A stretch of DNA of 64,000 nt from Candidatus Omnitrophota bacterium (lineage in GTDB: Bacteria > Omnitrophota > Gorgyraeia > Zapsychrales > Zapsychraceae). The position numbers were made by a program, and so were the translations under genes. Numbering within the stretch: the stretch's first letter is position 1; each line of letters opens with the position of its first letter. Under the pieces are notes generated by a model that ran no database searches, had not been told where the DNA came from, and saw only the letters and a program-made list of their open reading frames with translations. The stretch is from positions 3,396 through 67,395 of the forward strand of contig JAIORP010000150.1 in NCBI GenBank assembly GCA_021108075.1, in the 5' to 3' direction. Positions 47,516 through 60,000 of the stretch are shown one piece after another.

Positions 47516-48913
47516 ATGACAATGTCTAAGAAAGATGTCAGCATATTAATCGTTGATGATGAACCACTCATTCGTGAGTCTTTATATGAGATCCTTCGGA
47601 TTGATGGATATTGTGTCCAAATGGCATCCACCGCCGAGGAAGCTTTGCAAACATTGGAAAGAGGGAAAATTGATATTATCGTCACTGATTTTAAACTTCC
47701 TAAAATGAGTGGGATGGAGTTGTTGGAGCAAATTAAAACAGCAGACAGTTCAGTCGATATTATTATGATGACAGGGTATGGCTCGATAGAGATGGCGGTC
47801 GACGCCATGAAAAAAGGAGCCTACGACTACATTACTAAGCCCATTAATGATAGCGAAATAAAAATTATTATTAATAAAATTGTTGAGAAGAAAAAAATTC
47901 TTCGAGAGAATCAGACCCTTAAGGAAATTATTGCTAAAGAACATCCTGTCTCTTTTGGCGGGATGATTGGCGCGAGTGAGAGCATGCGGCAAGTTTACAA
48001 TATTATCGAGTCTGTCGCAAGCACAAACGCCACGATCTTAGTTTCCGGTGAAAGTGGAACGGGTAAGGGCCTCGTTGCCAGGGCGATTCATGACAATGAT
48101 AAATACCGTAAGGACAGACCGTTTGTAGAAATAAGTTGTGGGGCCCTCTCAGAAACTTTGTTGGAAAGCGAATTGTTCGGACACATGAAGGGGGCCTTTA
48201 CCGGCGCGATTAAAGATAAGGAAGGCCGTTTTGAATACGCGCGCAGTGGAACTATTTTTTTAGATGAAATTGATGCGTTTTCTCCTAATTTGCAGGTCAA
48301 ATTGTTGAGGGTTTTGCAGGACGGCATCTTCGAACGCGTTGGGGATAATATCACCCGCAAAGCAGATGCCCGTATTATTGTCGCAACAAACCAATTTTTA
48401 CCCGATTTAGTTGAAGAGGGCGCGTTCCGTGAAGACTTATATTACCGCATCAATGTCATTGCCATTCGTATGCCTCCCTTGCGACAAAGAAAAGATGATA
48501 TTGAATCGTTGGTCTCACACTTTATTAAAAAGTATAGTTCCGCAAACAATAAAAAGGTTCTTAACCTGTCTGAACAAGTTCTGGGTTTGTTTAAGCAGTA
48601 CAATTGGCCAGGTAATATCCGTGAATTAGAGAACGCCATTGAGGGGGCTGTTATCATGGCAAAGACGGAAGTTGTCAATAAGTGGGATATTCCCCACCTG
48701 TCCAAGTTTAAAAGCCTTGGGAAAAAACCATCAGATGATAAAAACTTAAAAAAAGTCGTTGAACAACCAGAGCGAGATCACATCGTTTCAATATTAGAAG
48801 AGTGTGATTGGAACCGTAGCAAAGCCGCCACAGCTTTAGGTATTAATCGAACAACATTGTATAACAAAATGAAAAAATACGGTATAACCGAAAAAAGATC
48901 GAGGGGCTTATGA
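47516..48913 (+). CDS. Sigma-54-dependent response regulator (NtrC family; PrsR-like)
   Basis: REC domain (DDE...D in DFKLPKMSG). AAA+ sigma-54 activator domain with GESGTGKG, the GAFTGA motif and ESELFGH. C-terminal Fis-type HTH ALGINRTTLYNKMKKYGI. Confidence 0.85.
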   Translation: MTMSKKDVSILIVDDEPLIRESLYEILRIDGYCVQMASTAEEALQTLERGKIDIIVTDFKLPKMSGMELLEQIKTADSSVDIIMMTGYGSIEMAVDAMKKGAYDYITKPINDSEIKIIINKIVEKKKILRENQTLKEIIAKEHPVSFGGMIGASESMRQVYNIIESVASTNATILVSGESGTGKGLVARAIHDNDKYRKDRPFVEISCGALSETLLESELFGHMKGAFTGAIKDKEGRFEYARSGTIFLDEIDAFSPNLQVKLLRVLQDGIFERVGDNITRKADARIIVATNQFLPDLVEEGAFREDLYYRINVIAIRMPPLRQRKDDIESLVSHFIKKYSSANNKKVLNLSEQVLGLFKQYNWPGNIRELENAIEGAVIMAKTEVVNKWDIPHLSKFKSLGKKPSDDKNLKKVVEQPERDHIVSILEECDWNRSKAATALGINRTTLYNKMKKYGITEKRSRGL

Positions 48914-49920
48914 AACCCGAAAGAAGACGATCCTTGATACAAGAAATTGTTCAGAAAGATAAGTATCTAAGCCGAATTATGTCTCACCTGATTGATGTTT
49001 TGCGTGTGTATATGTTCATCGTTGATCAAGATGGAAAAATTCTTTGGGAGTCAGACCATAAAAGGTATGGCGCTACTTTTTTATTAGACCATATTTTAGG
49101 CTGCCATATTCAGTCTGAGCACACGACCTCTATGAAGCATTTTCACCGCCGGGGCCATTATTTCGAATGTGGCAATCATCTTTTTGTCCATTGTTTTTCA
49201 ATTCCAATTTTTTATGATACCGCGGATCCGATTGGATATATCATTATCGGTCCAGTTGTTTTAAATAAGCGGCTTAGTAATGAGGAGTACCGAAAAATTG
49301 CCGACCAACATGGAATTCCGGCGCAACAATTCATTGATACCGTTAGTGAAATTAAAGTTGTGTCAAATTTAATGATGAATTCTATTCTCGATCTTATCAA
49401 GGAAATCACGGAAGATAATATCAAGAATTTTGTTAAAACTCTTCCTTCGATGGAAGGCATGATGCCCTCCCCGGGGAGCGCATCTGGTTCGGCTTCAGCG
49501 ATTTCAGCGCAGGAGTTGCTTGAACATGTTCTGGCTGTTGCCTTGCAAATGACAAATGCTGAATGCGGTTCCATCATGTTGATCGACTCCAAACGAAAGG
49601 AGTTGGAGGTTCGTGCGATCAAAGGCGTTGATCTTCAGGACCTTCCGCAGATGAAAGTCAAATTGGGCGAGGGGCTTGCAGGCTTAGTCGCGCAAGAAAA
49701 GAACCCGATCTTGATTTCAGAGGATCAAACGGATGAAAGAATCGCGCATTTATTAAAACGCCCGGAGATTAAAAAATCATTTATTATGCCGCTGTGTGTT
49801 AAGGATCAATTGCTGGGAGTTTTAAACCTCCATAGTAAGCGCAGCAAGAATGTCATCAAGAAAAAGAGCATCGAGTTTTTACCATATTTGGCGAATTTAT
49901 TGTCACCGATATTGAATTGA
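48910..49920 (+). CDS. GAF-domain protein (C-terminal GAF; N-terminal PocR-like sensory region?)
   Basis: C-terminal GAF-like block LQMTNAECGSIMLIDSKRKELEV...GEGLAGLV. It overlaps the regulator gene by 4 bp. Confidence 0.45.
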   Translation: MKPERRRSLIQEIVQKDKYLSRIMSHLIDVLRVYMFIVDQDGKILWESDHKRYGATFLLDHILGCHIQSEHTTSMKHFHRRGHYFECGNHLFVHCFSIPIFYDTADPIGYIIIGPVVLNKRLSNEEYRKIADQHGIPAQQFIDTVSEIKVVSNLMMNSILDLIKEITEDNIKNFVKTLPSMEGMMPSPGSASGSASAISAQELLEHVLAVALQMTNAECGSIMLIDSKRKELEVRAIKGVDLQDLPQMKVKLGEGLAGLVAQEKNPILISEDQTDERIAHLLKRPEIKKSFIMPLCVKDQLLGVLNLHSKRSKNVIKKKSIEFLPYLANLLSPILN

Positions 49921-49967
49921 CGGTGTCGTGTTAAGCAATGTCGAGGAAGAAATCAAAGAGGTGATCT

Positions 49968-50741
49968 ATGTCTAAAAGAATTTTAGTCGTGGATGATGAG
50001 AAGGATGTTTCCTATGTCATGGAAAAAAAATTAACGCGAGTTGGATATTCTGTCGCATTAGCCAATGATGGTCAGACGGCTTTAAATATGGCTAAGAGGG
50101 GCGGTATTGACTTGATCATCACAGACATCATCATGCCGGTGATGGACGGATATACTTTTTACAAAGAATTAAAAAATTGTGCAGCGACAAAAGATATTCC
50201 TGTCATTGTTGTTACCGGTCGAGTCGGAATGGAAGATTCTTTGAACGCTGTGGGTGTTGATAGGGTTTTAAAGAAACCATTTGATATCGATGATGATCTG
50301 GTTGACATGGTCAGCGATTTAATCCGGTTATCAAAGAAGTCTAAAAAACAAAAAAAAGCATTGGTCTATTCTAAGTATAGTAAAATTTCCCAGGAAATGT
50401 CTTTGTTGCTGGAACAACGAGGGGTTAAGGTATCAAAAGCTTTTGATGGTGCGGACTTTTTGGCTAAATCGTTAACCTTTGTCCCTAACTTGGTCCTCCT
50501 GGATATTCTTATTGAAGATATTTCTTGTCCTGAGTTGATCAGGGCGATGAAATGTTTCTTTAGGCTGCGCGACGTCGACATTGTTTTGTTTACTTTTTTT
50601 ACGGAAGATATGTTGGGCGATGTTGACACGATTGAACAGTTAAAGGAAAGTAAGGACCGTTGTTTAGAATCCGGGGCAACGAAATATATCGGCCGTTTTA
50701 GCCGGGCTAATTTTATCGGGAATGTTGAGCCCTTTTTGTGA
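49968..50741 (+). CDS. Stand-alone tandem receiver (REC-REC) protein; the second REC is degenerate
   Basis: First REC has VVDDE, DLIITDIIMPVMDG and K in VLKKPF. The second half repeats the fold with weakened conserved residues. Confidence 0.55.
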   Translation: MSKRILVVDDEKDVSYVMEKKLTRVGYSVALANDGQTALNMAKRGGIDLIITDIIMPVMDGYTFYKELKNCAATKDIPVIVVTGRVGMEDSLNAVGVDRVLKKPFDIDDDLVDMVSDLIRLSKKSKKQKKALVYSKYSKISQEMSLLLEQRGVKVSKAFDGADFLAKSLTFVPNLVLLDILIEDISCPELIRAMKCFFRLRDVDIVLFTFFTEDMLGDVDTIEQLKESKDRCLESGATKYIGRFSRANFIGNVEPFL

Positions 50742-50989
50742 TCGTTCGTTCTCAGAGGAATTTTTGGGGGATTCTTCAAGTTTTTTTAATAAAAATTTTC
50801 TGCCGTTCTGTCAATCCTAAATGATTGAAAAACAACATGTTGTGTCTCTATCCAATAGGACAACTCTTATCCTGTGCTTTGAGATGTTTGCTTTTTTTTT
50901 AAAAATATACAATACTATAACTATATATACTTATTATTCTATATCTATATAATTTTATTAAAATTATACATTGGTATAATTACAAAGAC

Positions 50990-51064
50990 CGATTCTGCTT
51001 TTCTCGACGCTATGGCAAGAATATCAGAATTGAAATAGAACAATTCATTAATGGATTTGGTATT
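50990..51064. repeat. MITE family A partial copy (right half with a 22-bp internal insert), ending 2 bp before the giant-gene ATG
   Basis: GATTCTGCTTTTC[TCGACGCTATGGCAAGAATATC]AGAATTGAAATAGAACAATTCATTAATGGATTTGGTATTAAAT matches 7185-7237. The insert matches, in inverse orientation, the insert in copy 60192..60298. Confidence 0.55.
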
Positions 51065-51066
51065 AA

Positions 51067-54000
51067 ATGGTGAACATGAAACGAAAAAGAATGTTTTTTG
51101 GAATGAATTGCCTGGTGCTTGCGGTTTTCATTTTTATGTCAACCCTGTCGAATTTTGTTTGCGCGCAAGGGATGTTTGTCGGCCGTCTCCCGCAACCGGG
51201 GCAGATGGTCTTTTTGAGTCCAGCGTTCAATCCTTTGGTCATCAAAGGGATCAAACTATACCCGCAAGAACCCTTGCGTTTTGATTTTATTATTGATGTT
51301 GGTGATTCGTCCACCCAGGAAGCCCCTCTGCGGGAAGCTTCTGCTAAGGCCATTAAATATTTCTTAGCGGCCCTGACGGTCCCTGAAGATGACTTATGGG
51401 TGAATCTTTCACCCTTTGAGAAAGATAGGATTATTCCAGATGATTTTGGCGTGACGGAAATGGGGCGGGACCTCTTAGCGCAGGATTACCTGTTAAAACA
51501 AATCACGGCATCCTTAATGTATCCGGAGGAAGAATTGGGCCGGAAATTCTGGGAGACGGTTTACCGGAAAGCGTATGACCAGTATGGCACAACGGATATT
51601 TTTATTGGAACATTTAACAAAGTTTGGATTTTGCCCGATCATGCGGAGGTGTTTGAGAATGGCGATTCCGCTTTAATTGTGGATTGCCGTTTGAGGGTCT
51701 TGACAGAATTTGATTATAAGGCGGAAGCCGAGCAGAGAGAAATTTCAACCCAGGATCAGAGTTTAAAAACCGATCATTTGAACAAATGGGGGCAGCGGAA
51801 TTCTTCATTAACCTCGGAAATCGTGCGAGAGATTATCATTCCGGAATTAGAAAAAGAGGTCAATGAAGGTCAGAATTTCGCAGACTTACGTCAGATTTAC
51901 CATTCCCTTATTCTTGCGACGTGGCTAAAGCAGCGTCTGAAAAATAGTGTGATGTCGAAGTTGTACATCAATCAGAACAAGACTGCGGGTGTAAACGTGG
52001 ATGATCCTGAAATTAAAGAGAAAATTTATCAGCAGTATTTAGCCGCCTACCGTAAAGGGGTTTATAACTATATCAAAGAGGATTATGATCCTTATATTCA
52101 GGATGTTGTGCCGCGGAAATATTTTTCTGGTGGAATGGATCTCGCCATGTTGGGTCAGGAAACGAATCAGATTTTGAAGATCGTTAAAAAATTGGATTGG
52201 TCCAAGCATGCCCAGCGTTTCACGAATTTGGTTATGACCGGCGTCATCTTAACCGTTGCGGGCACGTCTGCTGCTGATGTCGGCAATGTCAATCTGAATG
52301 CCATCAATCCCCCGGCCGGGATTGTCCAGCAAGGGGAACGTTTTGTTGCTGTGTCTTCTAATGTTCACTCCGATCCCTACAATGTTCCCGCCAAATGGAA
52401 ATCATTTGTCTTTGCGCCCCCATCAGGAGCAACATTAGACCTCTCGGGTTATCGGTATCTAAACGTAAGAGTTGGTGCGGGCGCGGGCAATGTGATTGTT
52501 GAATTAACGGATCTTTTGCAGGCTGAGCGGCAGCGTTTATTGGAACACAAAGGGGTCTATGACCGGAAACGGGCTTTAAGCCCGGTCTATATTGTCGGGC
52601 AAGGCGAGGATTTTATTTCGATTGATCTTGATGAAATTAAACAAAGCGACCCCCAGATTGACCTCTCAAAAATTATTCAAGTCAGCGTTAATGCCGGTGA
52701 GTATTTTTACTTTGACAAAATTAATTCTCGCGATGCGAATCTGCAGCTTTCCGGTGGTTTGTCTCTTTCTTCCACTCCGAAAATTCAGTCTAAGGCCGAA
52801 GACTTAAATGCTTTCCGTCAATTTTATGCAGCCAAACAACAAGAAAAAGAAGCCTTGAACGAGCGTTACAGAACAGAACCCCTTGTTTTACCACAAGGCG
52901 TATTAACCGGTGAGGCACAGTCTTTGCTCGGCGGGGAGTTTTCTGACCGTATTCAAGCGTTGGACAATGTCAGCGCCATTATAACAGATAAAAAGCATCC
53001 GAATTATGCCTCTGCCATCAAATTATTGCGGTACCACATGTTTAACCCTTTTCAAAACACAAATATTCGGCGGCACATTCATTACTTATTAAAAGACCGC
53101 GCTCAGGAGCAGGTCGATGAATATCTATTAGATGATTATGTCACGCATGGTTATCGTGTGACCGAACCGGTTGTTGTCCAGGTGCCGTATATCAAGACAA
53201 CACAGACAGGCACGACCTATCAATATGATGGCTGGGATGGCCAGAGTGAAAAAGCCCGCTTCACCGATAAAGGCACACAATACGGGGTTGAAGGGATTAT
53301 TACCGGTCCTGAAACGGTTGAACGTGTCTTGGATAAAAAAGTATTAGAACGTTTAGCGCATTGGTCGATCATTATGAATATTGATCCGATGACCATTACC
53401 TTTCCGACGATTTATACCGAGTCACTGCTTGGCGCCCACCCGGAGTTAACATACAATATTATGACGATCCATCAGCAGGATATTCACAGCATGCTGTCTG
53501 ACCGGGAGAAACAGTTACGGCAAGATCTTTTGGCAATGTTTGCCGAAGGTTCTTTTGATGAAAAGTTAGATGAAATTATCATCACCGGATTAATCATTAT
53601 GCAGCGCGGGTTTAACGTTTTTGCCAATTCTGACGCTGACTTGAGTAAGCGTCTTCAGGGCTATAATGGATATGGAACATATCCATGGGAACCATGGAAA
53701 GGTACCAATATGGCTAAAGAGCCTGTCATCGGCCGTCGCGCCGTCAAGGTCGGCGAGTTCATCAAGGACGGAATATTAAAGGATATTAGTGCGGCCGTCG
53801 CAAAAGAGCTGAAGATTGACCTTCCGCTTCTTCCTCATAATTTACAAGGGGTCCGGATCGGGATTTCCCATGTCCGGCAAAGTCCTGTTGTCAAGAATTT
53901 GGTCGACGAGAAAAAGATCGATCAGGCGGTTGATGCCGACATGGCCATGCTGTCTCTCCCTCAGTATTTAAATATCGGCCGTTATAAATGGGCCATGCGC

Positions 54001-57000
54001 AAATCAGGGTATAAGCAGGCGCAGGATTTGATCGAAGCCGCGCTGAACCGGGGAGATTTATTAGGGCGGACCACCGACGGGTTGAATAAAATCATGTCTA
54101 TCCCTGGAATGCCCGGGTATTCTCTGCAGGTCCCTGAGTTGTCAGAATTTGAGGAACGTTTGCAAACTGTTCAGGACCCATTTCCAAACAGAAATTTTGG
54201 CCAGGCGATTGCCCGCTATGGAAATTTTTTCATTCTGAAACGGCAAGCCGGGTTTGTCGGGGGTGTTCCTGCTTGGTCGGAGGCGACATTCGAAGAAAAG
54301 GATCGCGTCTTCGAACAATATTTAGATGCAACGGCAACCATGCCACAGACGGCCTACAATGATTTAGCTGCATCGATTCAAACCGTCGATCGTTCGGGTT
54401 TTCGTTTTGATCCGAATCCAAATAATATCCTTGTTGATCGTGCCCGGGATAAATTTAATATTGTTGATATTAAAGTGAAGAACCTGGAACACACGGCCTC
54501 TGTGGCCGAGATGATCACCGCGCTAACCGCCCTGAGATATTCTGAAGGGCCGTACAGCCGTGGCCGTGCGGAAAACGCGGGTTTGTTTAAAACAATTATG
54601 CGGCGTTCTTTTCTGGCTGCCATAGATGGGAACATTCTTTATCCTCCCACTGATCGTTATGCGACTTCGACCTTGCGTTCAGTTTTTAAGCAGGCCGGCA
54701 TTGAAAACCGTTGGGACGAGTTTCAAAGCGCGTACGCGCGGTTATATGAACGTGAGGCCGCGAAGGATGATTGGCTGGAATTGTTTAACCGTGTTTTTGG
54801 TGAGTCAATAGGTTCTCTCGTCGACCAGAATGTTTCACCGGACATCTCGCCTTATATGTTAACCCGGAAACCAGAGGGCATTGTCTTAGCTGATGATAAA
54901 AATTTGGATGAAAAATTTGCGCGATACATTGAACGCGATCAGGTGTTAAGCCAATATGCACATTTAGCGCAGTTATTTTTACAGGATACCGATGAGATGC
55001 GCAGGATTAAGGCGGCGCTATTAACCAATCCGCATTGGCGGCCCGTATTCATGCAGGCTTTACCCTCCCAGGCGACCAGTGAGATTATCCCATTGAACCG
55101 GTTTGATTCCATCCGTGATTTAGGTGGAATGGAATTATTGGAATCGCACCGGGTGTTTTCTTTTGGTCAATCGCAGGTGAGCCTGGAGTTCGCGGACGCC
55201 AGGTCCCGGACTTATCTCGAACAACAAGAAGCAGGGATGAATGATTCGGACCTTGTTGAGAATGAATTTAAGATAATCGTTGGATTAGCCGACCGGTACT
55301 CCGAGAAGACACTCGATTTTTATAAAGTGGCACATGGCCGCCGGGTGTTCTTTCCGTTAGCGGATGGTTTCTTTTTAAGCCTGAAGGGCATAGGGCAACT
55401 GGTCCAGAGAGAGCAGTCGCCCTATTTTTATGATCAAAAGACGGATTCTTTAAGGGGGCTTGCCATTGAGGCCGTCCTTCCTCAGTATTTGAAGTCTGCC
55501 GACCTGCAAGATATCAGCCTGTATCCGGAGTCGTTGGCATATATGTATGTCTACCGGGTCCCAAATGGTCAAGGGGCATTAGAATCCTTTGAGGCCATGA
55601 CACCCCAACGCAGCGATCTTCAACAAAGTCTGGTCTATTTTGAAAAAACCATTCATCCGGACCGTTTATTGAAATTGTCCCAAATGGGGGATCATGATCC
55701 GGACCTGCAAAAGATCGCCTGGCAAATATCACAAAACCTGATACAAAGCGGTCATTTGTCAAAAGACACCTTATTGACACCCCGGCAGCTGTTTTCGCAA
55801 ATTTTTGAAAATATGTTTAGGCGCTTGGCTTTAGATCAAAATGCGGGGATCTCGTATGCCGTTGTGCATGCCCAGGATATTACCTTCACAGGTTCTTTTG
55901 AGGATAAAGAAGAACGTCAGCCGATTAACCATTTAGGCGGGGCAGCCGTGCTTCCGGTTATGGAGAGAGTCGTTAAAGAAAAGAATATTTTTGAGAATTT
56001 TGACAGTCAAATGAAGATTTTTCTCCAGGTCGCATCATATTTAGGAACTGAGCGACCGGGTCTGGTTACGGATTTTGACGCGTTTCTTAAAGGCGCGCTT
56101 GAAATATATTTCACGACGGTTAATGACGGTATTTTATCCTTCTGGGTTAGAGAGTCGTCAGGGGAATTCTCCCGGGCTTTACCGGGCATCGCCCGGCGGT
56201 TTGAAGACGACCCGTTGCCGGGCTTATTTAATGTTTCCCGTGTTGAGCAGATGGAACAAAGATTGAAAAGCATGGTCATGGCGGAGTGGGTCCGCCGTCT
56301 GGACGCGATGCCTGAAATGGTGACTGATCAGGAGGTGATGCTGACAGGTGGATTCACAGATTTATTAGAATTTGATCCTCAAAATATTTCAACGGTTCAA
56401 ATGAATGGACGAACAAAGGTGTCCTCCTCATTGACCCCGGACGCATTATCACAAGCACTGCGGGCCCCATATTATCAGGTTGAGCGAAACATTCAAGATA
56501 ACATTATCCTTGGACGCGTTACGTCTCCCGCTGATCTGGGCTGGGGATTTTTTAACACGTCCATAAGGGATTTTAGTGAAAGCATTGATGTTGACGTCAT
56601 GGCCGGAGTGCTGTCGTATATTAGTAAAGTCCGAAAAGATGTGGCGCCGGATGAAGAGATTGTTATTGTCGATTGGGGCACGGGCGAAGGGAATGTGCTC
56701 AATGATGTCGCGGCAGAACTGGAAGCGCGGGGCATGACAAATGTCAGACTGATCGGGTTTGCCAATGTCCTGTCGCAACAATGGGGCAGGGCCCACTCGA
56801 ACGTGGAATTTATCTTCGATGACGGACGAAATTTTTTTCACCATTTCAAAGACACAAAAGTTGACATCATGTTGAGCAACATGGGGCTTGTTCATCTGCA
56901 GAATGATTTTGTGCCGTTTTTATTTGAAACGAGAAACCTGATGAAACCCGGGGGGATCATTATCGCCGATAGTGCCGTGGTAGCTAAAGATGATACTTTT

Positions 57001-60000
57001 GAGGAGTTATTTGGCTTGTTTTTTAATTTGATCAAGAATGAACGGGTCTCTGAGGGAACGACCACTTTAGTCTTGCAGAAAGTTATACCGGCGGATAATA
57101 CACAGCAGCCATCCATGCCGGCCATCAAAGAAGAGCCCTGGTTGCTCAATCAGTTCAGTGATCATGGTCGATTATCTTTTCAAGATGCCCAAGAACAATT
57201 GCGGCAATTTGTCGCGTCATCTTTAGCCGGTCCTTACATAGCCGCTTTTCGAAATGACAGCCGTGTGTGGGCGGATCAGAAAGTCGTGGCCCTGCTGAGG
57301 GAGCTGCATGGCCAGGGCCCGGATTATATGATACAAACTCCAATACAGTCTTATCGTAAGGGTGATCTGACAGAACAAACCGGTTTTGATTTGTTGTCGC
57401 TTTCAACTCCTGAGAGGCAAGAAGTTTTTATCGACATCATTGATCAACGTTTAGGTGTTGGCCCGGCTACGCTTGACCGTGCCATGCTTCATCGGCAGCG
57501 GGAGGATTTGCGTTTTCACGCGGATACGATTACGAATGTTCTTTTAGAGGGTCATGTCAAAGTGTCGACGACAGTTATTGAAGAAGATATGGCCAGGGTG
57601 TTAAGGCATCCTTACTATCTGATGGAACACAACGAAGACACCGGCGAGATCAAAGGGCGCTTTACGTCACCCCAATATGAAAATTATAGTTTTTTTGAAA
57701 CGGATATCGGAACGATTTCTCATCGGTTTGATGTGGATGTGATCGAGGGTGTCATGAGTTACATCGATATGGTCCGTAGCAATATCGGTTCTGAGCGGGA
57801 GATTGTCATTCTTGATTGGGGCGCTGGCGAGGGAGAAATGCTGAATCATTTAGCCGGATTGATCGAAGATGAGGGCATACGAAATGTTAAGTTGATCGGA
57901 TTTGCGAATATTTTCAGTCAAGATTGGGCCCGGGTGCATCCGAATGTTGAATTCATTTTTGATGACGCGCAGAATTTGTTTAAACATTTTAAAGACCGTA
58001 AAATTGATATGGTATTCAGCCATATGGGAATGACGCATGTTAATCCGACCGCGATGGCGGATTACCTGCACGGGATGGGCGATATCATGCAGCCCGGAGG
58101 GCTGCTGGTGATGGATTATTCCCGTCGGATTCATTGGCGGACGATCGCAAAAGGTATCTTGCCCGCCACGTTACAGTCCTTGCGCAATGAGCGGGTGAGT
58201 TGGTTGGATTCTGTGCTGGTCGCCCAGCGCGTGATCTCGGACGATGCCCCCCAAAGCGAGAATATGAAGAGCCTGCGGAAGCAGCCATGGCTTTATCATG
58301 AGTTGAGTTTTGAGGACATAATGTCCTATGCGGAAGCTGAAGCGCAAATTTCTGAATATCTTAAAACGCCTGATTCGCAACCCCTTCAAGATGTATTTAA
58401 GAGCATACTAGACAGTTTGACCATTGATATTGCGATTGGTTTGATAAGGGAGTTGGATGGTAAAGACGCCCGCTATATGTTCGATACCCCGGAAGATAGT
58501 TACGCGAAATCCCGACTTACGGATCAAAGAGATATGCGTTCATCTCAAATGAATGCCCCGGGCGCGCATGAATTGTTCGCCCTGGCTGTTAAAGAACGAA
58601 GTGAAGATTCTGATCACTATCTTGACTTAGCGATGATGCCCACCGATAAAGCCAAGATCATTCTGCGCGTTAGAGACTTTGCGCGGGAAGTGGATTATCT
58701 TGATGAATTAAAAGACCGATTTGATTTTAGCCAGGTTGATCGAAGCGATGTGAGGTTGAATAAACCCGATCAGCTGATGCGGGATTTGAATGCCTTTATT
58801 AAGCGTCAAGCGCGGGCACACCGTCAGATTTATTCCATGATGCAGGATATGGTTATCGCTGAAATGGAGCCGTTTCTTTATGACCGGAAGGATAACCCTG
58901 ATGGTGTCACGCGTGCAGCATTAGGCGAAGAACTGGATATTCATCCATCATCTATTTATTCCATCATGAATCGAAAATTTGTGCCATCAGCTGAATTGCT
59001 CGGTAAGCTGGGGAACGAGTTGGGTTTCTCGACGGTTTCTATATCTGAATTACGGGTCCGTTTAAGAAGTTTAGAGATGATGATGAAAGATGCGACAAGG
59101 CTTCAGGGCCTGGTCCTCAATCTTGTGCGTGACATGTATGGCTTCCGGTCGTTCTCGCAAATGTCACAAGCGATCAATGACATTCGACAAACGAAAGGTA
59201 AGTCAGCGATTAATCGTGGCACGATGGCCCGAATGGCCGGTGGAACGTATCGTGTCAGCCAGGACATGTTAGGGAGTTTGTCTCAGGATATAGGGGAATA
59301 TGTGGCCGGCCAATCTTTGGATGAAGAGAATGTTTTTGTTGTCCGCTCGCAGTATTCACAACTGCTTAAAAGATGGGCTGTCCAGGATGAGATTGGGAAA
59401 TTGATCCGCCGGTCGCGGGAAAGGCAGAATATCATTCAAGAAGACATGGCGAACCGTCTGGGAATATCTGTGCCGCAATACCGGGGTTTTGAGACGGGGA
59501 TGCAACCCATTTCGCAACAGTACCTGGATATTTTGTATGAGGAACTGCATGCCCATGAGAATGGATTGGCGGATAGGATTTCTGCCTGGAAACAAGAAAT
59601 AGAGGATCAGGAATTGATTTTTATTCAAGCTCAAGAGAAGGCCTCGGCAAATTTAGGGCCAACCCGTCGATCGAAAAATGTTTCTCAAGAGCAGCTTTAT
59701 CAGCGTACGGGTATTTCTGATGCAAAGATTCGGTTGATTGAGAACGGTTCCGAAACGATGGATCCGTATCAAACGTTCGCCTTTGCCAGGGGACTTAGCG
59801 TAACGCCAGCACGACTATGGCCTGAAGAAGACCTGATCCAGGTCGCATTTGACCAGGCCTCGTTAACACGGCCTGACATCGCCACGGATAACCTTGGTGG
59901 TATTGATTTCAGGCCGGAACAATTGAATATTGAAACAAAGGGCGAGGTTTTCGATTTTGAACCGAACGCGATTATCGGTGATGTTGAAAATTTTACCGGG

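Noticed and set aside
51063-59634. Numerous 60-150-aa minus-strand ORFs overlapping the giant gene
   Set aside because: All are antisense to a single uninterrupted 9-kb frame with coherent domain content. None has independent start or RBS context or recognisable motifs.
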